A DNA stretch of 63,845 nt, counting the filler, from Platydemus manokwari (Eukaryota): NCBI GenBank assembly GCA_037951405.1. It is 6 parts of 6 records of this genome, joined end to end, with 100 filler letters (N's around TTAATTAATTAA, not from the genome) between each part and the next. Parts side by side here need not be neighbours in the genome. Positions count along the whole stretch, not along the records: positions 53,502 to 63,845 come from JBBMOY011142771.1; 5 more parts are not named here. The stretch is one strand, 5' to 3'. This document shows, piece after piece, positions 55,551 through 63,845 of the stretch (positions are counted from its first letter, which is position 1; each line of letters starts with the position of its first letter). The position numbers and the translations under genes are program-made. The notes beneath the pieces are model-generated. The model ran no database searches, had not been told where the DNA came from, and saw only the letters and a program-made list of their open reading frames with translations.

Positions 55551-56899
55551 CTGGAAAAGGTTAATTAATAATTTGGTAAATTTATAAATTAAAACTTTTG
55601 TTTGAAAGATTTATTACATTAAAATAAAAACATATGATAATTCCCGAAAAATTGTGCTGAAAATACCGGAATCAGCAGATGTGATTTTCATTATAATTTT
55701 TCATAATCAGGATACATCTTGATAAAACATTTTAAAATCATGTTATCGTTTGTGAATGACTTCTATTATTTTATTATTATAAAATTTTTATATAGTAATT
55801 GAAGTAGTTTTTATTCTTAATGAAGCACACTCGTGATCTTGGTGCAGCGTGGCTATACCATTGGTTTGATTTTTGCAGATGTTGGTTTGGAGATCCTGTC
55901 TGATAATCGAATAGTGGAAAGGAGTGCAAAACAAGTTGATCTGTGAACCCAAAACAGTAGATATTTTATAAAGATTTACAAAATTATCAATATGTGTGTT
56001 CTTGAAGGCTGAATCAGTATTTAAATATCAAAAACTTGTTTCATCAATAGCAGTTTGAATGTTTAAATCTGAGAATACAATAGAGAAGAGTCCAGAATGT
56101 AGGAATAAAGTTAAGATTGTAGATGGAGTGAAGTTATCAGCTACCCGTTTTTAATACCACTGTTAACATTAACTAGATAAAGATATCTTAAATTCATGTT
56201 TTACTGTGAGCAAATTGTGATTGGTGAATTCGATATTCTATTTTATATATTTGAAAAGAAAAGCCTGTCTCGAATTGAAATTGTTGTACTATTATAAAAA
56301 TATTATATCAGCTTTTCTTTCATTTCATTTGAAATGACAAGATTTGATGAAAATCACTTTTTAAAAATAATTATAAATCCAAACGTTGTTAACTCAATTT
56401 AAAATGTCAAAAGGTCGTTTAAACCAATCAGAATGAGTGTGTAATATTATCTTTATCTGAATGTTTACAATAGCTTTCTTTATTTATTAATAATAATTTA
56501 TAAATTCATTATTTCGATAGACTACCACACCACAAGTGTTTGTTAAATCTATACTTCAAATAGTTTATTATGCAGTGATGCTGGTTCATCCTGGTCATGT
56601 ATTGGTTTATGAAAAATCAGAGCACGAGCATAACACGACTCTTTTACAAATATTCAAAGTGTTTTAATCATCTGGTCATAAAGTTAATCAAAAAAGTGCT
56701 TATTTACCACCTAGCAATTAATTTTCTGGTGACTGATTATCACAAACGATATTCGATGAAAAGATCAAGAAAATCGAAAATGTGATCTAGCTTTGAATGA
56801 TACAGTTAAAGTCGTTTCTGGGTATTTTTAGGGGTTCATTGAAGGCTGTACAATGATTATTGCGTCTTTATATTCAATATTTTCATCGAAATATCAAAA

Positions 56900-57150
56900 G
56901 ACTGAATGATTAAATGACCATTATCTTAGTATCGTCAGCAATTGCACAAAATGCACCATTTTAGGCATTTTGCATCTTCATGATGAATCGGTAAATCGGA
57001 GACTTGGTTTTTGTAAATATTATAGTACCTAGTATTGACCAGAATGATTTGGGGAAATTTTGATTAAAATCTGTTATGAATTGTTGAAATCATAGCAAAA
57101 TAGAAATGGTGATATCTGACCCGAATTTAGAGAAATGTGAGCCTGTGAGC
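56900..57150 (-). mobile_element. Decayed LINE (CR1/L2-like) RT fragment in eag intron 1
   Basis: ADDTKI at 56922-56939 with an upstream ISPFLF (cf. LSPLLF...YADDTKI). Confidence 0.5.
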
Positions 57151-57859
57151 GAAAATCGATGGTATACATGGATGACAATAAAAGAAGACATTTCACAAAG
57201 ATTAACTCGTTTCTTTCATAAAGTACGAAGATGCATTATTAGTGTGAAACTTATAGTCTAGTCTGAAAAACTAAAAAACTGGTATTGCCTAAACACGATG
57301 CAGACCATTTGAGAGAAATTGTTCATCAACTGTCTGTTGAATTTAATTCGGAATTCAAGTATTTCTTGTTAATCATTGAACGTTTCTGTAAGTTGACGAA
57401 TCTTGTTCTAGTTTCAAGACAAGGAGTACATTATCTTTGATTTCACTACGATTCATCTACCCATCAGATCAAAACTCATGTCAGGTCGTGGAAATTTCTT
57501 TATTAGGAAACTGATGAAACACTTAACTTTCAAATTTCTTATCAACCAGCTAAACAAATGATCAATATTGGGAAGAAGATTGTGATGACAACTATTAAAA
57601 CAATATTTTCAACAGTTAAGATAAAATCATTCTATGGATTGAGTTTACAATTAACTCCACTTAGATAGAGCAAACAAAAATTCTTTGCGCTATTTTAAGA
57701 CAAAAGTTTACAATGACAAAGAAAAATATAAGGGTTCCTATTAGATTATTAAGTACAACAAATTTTCCTGAAAAATCAAAGTCGATAAAAATTTATGATA
57801 AGAATTTATGATCCATCGTGTCGATTACATTACTCTTGTGTTATTTAAGATTTGGTAAT

Positions 57860-58010
57860 CTCCTTTTCATTAAATATGTTTCTTAAATGGCCCGCAACCT
57901 TACTACCTTAAAATCTAATTCCACACGATTATCTCAATCTTATTGATTTTATTAAGACTAAAAGGTATATTTACAGTTTCCTCGTGTTACTTGATCCTAT
58001 AAAAATACTT
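57860..58010 (-). mobile_element. Possible CR1-type LINE 3' end in eag intron 1
   Basis: NTRGN followed by VWN, resembling the TRGH...WNxL C-terminus of CR1 ORF2. Confidence 0.3.
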
Positions 58011-61000
58011 CTTCTTTTCTTCCATATCATATACCTTAAGTCACTATCTATGTTGTGTCTTTCATTTGAAGTAACAAGCTCAAAGTACACTTATTGAATC
58101 CTCAGTCTGCCATTGTTTCCAAAGTTTGAATCAACTATGGCTTATTTGTTTTGTTGTAAATTTAAAATTTTAAGTTAAAGGAATGTAATTGAATAAAAGA
58201 TTGTTTGGGATTAAAAGTGTATTAAAGTATAAAAAATATAATATGAATAATTATAATATAAATTGCAGAAAACCATCAGCTCTGTTTCGAAATACCGGCA
58301 AATCTAAAGAAAATTAATTTTTGACAATTAAATTTCAAATCAATGCAAACATTAAAAGAGACAAAGAAAGTTTACAAGGTTGATTCCAATCATTGGCAGT
58401 AATAATTCAAAACATTTCATATTAATATCATAGATTAGATTAAAACATGATTTTTTGTAATAAAATTATAAAATAAATCTAATTGATAAGCAAATATAAA
58501 ACTATTAGTGAAAACTATTTATATTTCTACCGCAAATGATAGTTTATTCCGATTTATTGATAACTAGAAAAATGACAAAGCAAATTTTATAATAATTTAA
58601 ATCAAAACATATCAAACAACTGGTTGTTTTAACGTTTCAAGTATTTCAATTTCCATCTCAATATATTTTCAAATAATTAATGTTTCATTGTTGATTACTG
58701 GATGATTAGAACGTCAAAATGTCAATCATTGTTAGCAGATTGTGGTCTCTGTTAACAGAATGTTGATATCCCCCGATAATATTTATAGTTGGTCTGATAG
58801 TCGAACTTTCATTTGCTTATACATCATGACGAACATTGACAAATTATTGGTGCAAAAATTACGATTAAAACATTATAATCTATTTCTCATTTCACAAGGT
58901 GATTTGATCATATAATAGCCATGCGTATGAATGAACGCACAAAGACATTTCTTCAAATAACAGTTTGAATTGAACTTGAACCCCTCAATCAATAAATAAC
59001 ATATTGTGCGAAATACACTTTTTTACATATTAATTTATTGTTGTAAAAAAACTGAATGACGTGACAAGAAGATAAATAATATAAAAATATTTTAAAAAAT
59101 AAGAGTTTTTAAATTAAGTAGAGAATAAAAAATAATTGCAGTCAATGTGAACACCACTGAACCAATTCTATGTTTATTTTTAAAATATTATGTGAAAGTA
59201 CATTAAAAATAACAGAAAGATTTCATTTATTATGGCACGTTTTATGTATTTGGAAACTAATAGAATCTCACATTTTCAAACCGTCTTCATTCTTTATCTT
59301 CTCGAATATTATTGATCAATTCCATACTTTATTAATCTTATCTGGGAGATTAATTTGAGAATGTTTTTAAAGATGTTTGACACATTGATAGTTTCGAATC
59401 CCGTCACAATTATTTCTTCTTAACTTTGAAACAGTGTCATCATTATTTGGTTCCAATTCTTCGGAATCTTCTTTTTATTCTTATCTACTAGATCAGGTAA
59501 AAGTTGTTCACCAATTTTTGGATCAGCTTCAAAGTAGAGAGACATCTATCACGTTCAAGGGACTTGGCAGAATAATAAGAGATAGTGGTTGATTTCATAT
59601 CATTCATTGATTTTGAAATCCAAATACATTAACTGTTTTCCATCACTCTTCATGAGCACCGTTATTACTGAAATCCAAATTAATTAAACCATGTCTTCTA
59701 CTATTCCTTAAAGAATTCAACCTGGACTTGATCAGGAGGATGTGGTTCATTATAAGATTATACGACTCCCTGCTTTCATTGCATTGATTAATTTTTTAAA
59801 AAATCTTGAAACGTAGTGAACGTCATTCAAGACTTTGTATTCGAATAGTAAAAAACCGAAAGGTTTTCTACTTATAATTGTTTAAAACAAAGAGAATCAT
59901 CTGACTTACATGATATCAATAACTAAGTTTTCTTCTTACATATTAACATCCGAGAGCATAGCTATCAGATGTGTGTTCATGTTGACTAAAGTTCGTACTG
60001 AATAAGTAATAAGCACTACAACATAAACATTTTTGTAAAAATAATTATAAAAATTGTAGCGTTATTGTATGCTAATACTTGGCCTGACTTTTAAAACTAA
60101 CTTTATCGAAATTCTTTGATAATTACTTTGACATATGAACTAAAATGCTGTTATTTTAATGGAAATGACAACGCCACAAATTCACTTCAAAACAGAATGT
60201 TATTTCATTCCGTGGTTTGAGCAATTCTGTGTGCATAGTATTTATGTCCACTGGAATCGATGAAAAAGTAACTATAAATTTAGGAAACAAAATAGAAATA
60301 ATCAGAAGAAAATTAATCAACACGAGGAAACCCAAACACTCAGATGAATCAGTAAAACTATTAGTCAACAATAATTTCAAAATATCCACTTAGCTTTGAG
60401 GATAACTTTATTTATATTTATATAAAATCATCGCCCTCAATGGAGTTGATAAATATTATATAAATATCTTACACAAGATACTCGCTTAAACTTTCAAATA
60501 AAATTCACAACTCTACTTTATATTGAAACAGTAGGTCCCATTATCTCCGACGTTAGCTTTTCTACAATCATTCTTTAGAGCAAGTCACCTTGAACATTCA
60601 AAATTGACTTCAGCACACTTTGAATTTCAATACTGTTTATTGATCATTGTATTACTATCAATATCACCTCATCAATTTTATTGTTATAATAGTAATAAAA
60701 TTTTGTTTTCTTCACTTTTATTAGTCATTTATACAAGCAAACTAGAATTCTATTGGAATCAGATTATCGATACAAACAGCCATAATCTCGTTCTATAAAT
60801 TGCATTTGAATGAAATTTGAGACAAACAACACAAGTACAATTCCATCAATGTAATGGCCAAGGATTATCCATTAGAGTAGAAAAAATATTTTGTAAAAAG
60901 CAATTGATCTTCATTGTTTTTATTGTAGAAGAGAGAACTTTTAAATCAATATTTAAATTTGTATATTTCAGCAGTATGAAAAAAACCGAAAAAATTTCTA

Positions 61001-62297
61001 TATATATATATACCCGAAATAATTCACCAGTTTTCTCGATAATAAGAAATTCTAAACACAATTAGCTACACCCAAAGATAACTAATACCTGCAATACAAA
61101 AATAAGAAATAATCTAATATGTTTTCTATTTCTGAACTTTATACTTCTTGTAATTGCTTAAATTATTAAAAAAAATCATCTAATTTAAAATACAAAAATC
61201 TGAAGAAAATCAAGAAATTAAAAAATTAAATTAATTATAGAAATATTTCTCAGAATGATTGTTTTTTAAAGGAATTGCTTGAATATTATGAGTATTTGAA
61301 AATCCATTAATATTTAAATGATTATTTTAGATAGAAAATATATTGATATTAAGAAATATAAATTATCAATTTAATTCGCCTGAACATTTTGATTAAAAAT
61401 ATTTTTGTGGGTTAACGTGATTAGATTATTTTTAGTACTAGAAACTGTATGATAATTTATAATTTGCTTTAAATTTTAAACATTAATACCCAGGAATAAA
61501 ACCAAATGTTACACATAAATGTCAGAAAAACATGAACACTACAGAAAATCTAATAGGAAAATTCATGAAAATTGATAGAAATTGTCAAAATTCGACAAGA
61601 TTGCAAAATGGTGATAATACTTCGGAACAAGATGAAGAGATTTGTATTTTGCTAATCAATTAACAATGACAGATTATATTCACCGATGTTTATTATATCG
61701 TTGGTGGAAAAAGTCCTTTGTGTCTAGCCTATCTTTTGATCTCATTTCTAGCTAAGCATATTCAAGAATTGATGAAAATGTTTAATAAAACCTATCATTC
61801 ATTTTAAACAAACATCTGCTCTCTGCTATTTTTATTTATATCGAATTGTACATTTTAAATGTGATATTCAAGTAAAATATCGATTTTAAAATACAAAAAC
61901 ATTTATATTAGTTCAATACCATTACTCTGCTATGTGGTGATCAATATATTTTCATGGTCTTGAACATGACAGAACCTTGTTCTGAAATCTATATCTTCCC
62001 CCAGAATTATCAAGACACTTATTGTAATATAGAAAATTTGTTTTTCCAGCTCAGATTCGAATATGATCACAAAAATTTTCAAAATTGCACAAAAAATTAC
62101 TCAAAACTTTATAGTAGAAATACTACATGATATTCAACCAACCGAATATCGTCAAATTTTTATATTAAATTTCTCGACTTGTTGGGATAAAGTTTTGGGT
62201 TTGATAAACTTTTCGCCAAACTAATGACAACATAAATTCCGACGATCGATTATTTAACCGCTTATTTATTCGAAAAATCAAATAATAATTAACTAAC

Positions 62298-62376
62298 GTT
62301 GACTATTACATCGACGAATAATGGTATCTAAGAGAGTATTCTGAGGTGCCACGAGACCTCTTCTAGATCCGGACAT
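62298..62376 (-). CDS. eag: eag-family K+ channel, exon 1 (MSGSRRGLVAPQNTLLDTIIRRCNSQ)
   Basis: PAS-cap signature RRGLVAPQNT (Eag subfamily; Erg has GHVAPQNT, Elk GLLAPQNT); start context accATG; donor c|gttagt; 79 nt, in frame with exon 2. Confidence 0.95.
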
Positions 62377-63015
62377 GGTTGGGAAGATACTTAAAAATAA
62401 TAAATGTCACAATTAGGTTGAAATCCAATCATATTTATTCCATTGCGTTGTAAATGAGGAAAAAACAGGAAATTAATTGAAATGGATTTTTTGAGAAGAA
62501 TTTCTATTAATTATGCAACTCACTGCTCATTGGATGCATATTAAAATCATTTAATTATATTATTTGCTAAACAATTGATCCTGGCTTGTTTTATTTTATC
62601 CTCTCTAAGTATTGGTTTGAATTCTTTTTTGCTGGATTTTATATTTATTCAATGTCTATCGGAACGTTTTCTTTGGTGACCTATGTTAAAGAATAGAGCA
62701 CATATTTTCAAATATCTGTTGAAGAACTTTTGATAATTTTATTTTTATTAATTCTTTAATTAAAAAAAATGATGATTTTTTAATGAAAAAGTTATTTGCC
62801 CAACATTTTCCAGGATTGCACTAACCGGTTGATTTAAAATATATCTTAAAAAGGAAAATTTCAAGGTCAGTTGATAATCAATAAATAAAAAGAATCACAA
62901 AAACAGTCAATTAGGTGTTGTATAAATTTGAAAGCAATTGTAAGTAATATAGACCTTAAAACTCGGTAGCGGTTATTATAATCAACTTATAATCGATTTT
63001 ATCCATCGTTATCGG

Positions 63016-63526
63016 TATAAGCCGCAACTATTTTATAAAACGCGCATTGAAAACAAACCGAAAAGTCACGACATCAAAATATAATTTTATATAAAATCGG
63101 AATTAAATCTTTAAAATGTTATTAAATTAAAAATCTTCACATCCCGTTTTTCTTAAAATTTTTAATTTTCTTTGTATTCTCACTTGGCGTTGTATTGTAT
63201 ACTCTAAATATTAATCTACATGAAAATCTCTTTTTTTATTCTTTCTATCTTCTTTACATCTTCTTTATATCTTCTTTATGTATTCTCTATACTTTCTCAT
63301 CATCTTCATATTTCTTTTCCATAATTTTCAGTCTTCTTAGAATTGAATCCATGTGCGTGATCGCCATATAAGGCACTACTATTTTATAATTAGCGCATTG
63401 AAAACAAACTGAAAAGTCACGACACAAAATTATGTTTGTAAATAAAATTAGAGAAACAAAATATATCATTTTATATAAAATTTGAATTAAATATCTAAAA
63501 TATTTTTTCGATTACAAATTTTCATA
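63016..63526 (-). mobile_element. TRIM-like non-autonomous LTR element, full copy with perfect TSD
   Basis: 5' LTR 63367-63526; PBS TGGCGATCACGCAC 63353-63366; PPT-like aagaaaaacggga ~63142-63154; 3' LTR 63016-63141 starting TGTGA; identical ATCGG at 63011-63015 and 63527-63531. Confidence 0.88.
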
Positions 63527-63845
63527 ATCGGGAAAATTAAATACAATGGAATCTCGTTCCTGATCGTTCGACATCATTTTAAATTAATCAGAGATTTTAT
63601 AAAATTAACTGAGCTTAAATATTAAATATAATCATATATAATCATTTTTATTTATAATAAATAATAATAATAATTTTATTATTATAAGCATAATAGATTA
63701 TTTTATATTAAAATTATGATAAAATATAACTAAAATTATATAAACATAATTTTTATAAAATGGTTTAAAAATATTAGGTTGTAAATAAAGTTCGCGGACA
63801 AAATTGTAAATAAAAATTTGCCATCACGTTTTGCCATCGATTTAT

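Noticed and set aside
21941-57520. Hammerhead ribozyme cores at CTGATGA occurrences
   Set aside because: None of those inspected has a stem II followed by GAAAC with pairing arms.
29921-62376. GPCRs and Syt4 nested within introns of the eag gene
   Set aside because: They lie in different pieces separated by synthetic linkers, and no downstream eag exons (S1-S6, GFG pore, CNBHD) were found.
63287-63469. 60-aa ORF inside the TRIM (and the 71-aa ORF at 36155-36370)
   Set aside because: Crosses the LTR/PBS boundary or reflects GA-rich low complexity; the frame is not conserved between copies.

Overview
Very AT-rich (roughly 70% AT by eye) intron-containing animal DNA, most consistent with a free-living flatworm (planarian) draft assembly; the taxon is inferred. 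The window is not one locus. Five identical 100-nt linkers (44 N + TTAATTAATTAA + 44 N, stops in all six frames) join six ~10-12 kb pieces, so most genes are truncated at the linkers. Genes, all on the - strand: three exons of an unidentified protein with faint nuclear-receptor LBD resemblance (1001-5645); an orphan terminal exon ending CCIN (7684-8156); three 3' exons each carrying one copy of a D-[DE]-[LY]-P-x-P-x-x-[TA]-[KR]-x-[LI]-x-x-x-[FW] motif (20241-21239); the C2B terminal exon of synaptotagmin-4/11 (29921-30231); two tandem single-exon orphan rhodopsin-like GPCRs (46614-47564, 51484-52452); and exons 1-3 (PAS-cap/PAS) of an eag/KCNH1-5 potassium channel (55081-62376), which the ORF track misses. 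The rest is intron or intergenic DNA with decayed Gypsy, LINE and DNA-transposon fragments. The main find is a ~0.5-0.6 kb non-coding LTR element with TRIM anatomy: short LTRs, a tRNA-Arg-type primer-binding site, a purine-rich internal region, a polypurine tract and a 5-bp target-site duplication. It occurs as two full copies and one partial copy, and one full copy sits ~640 bp upstream of the eag start codon.
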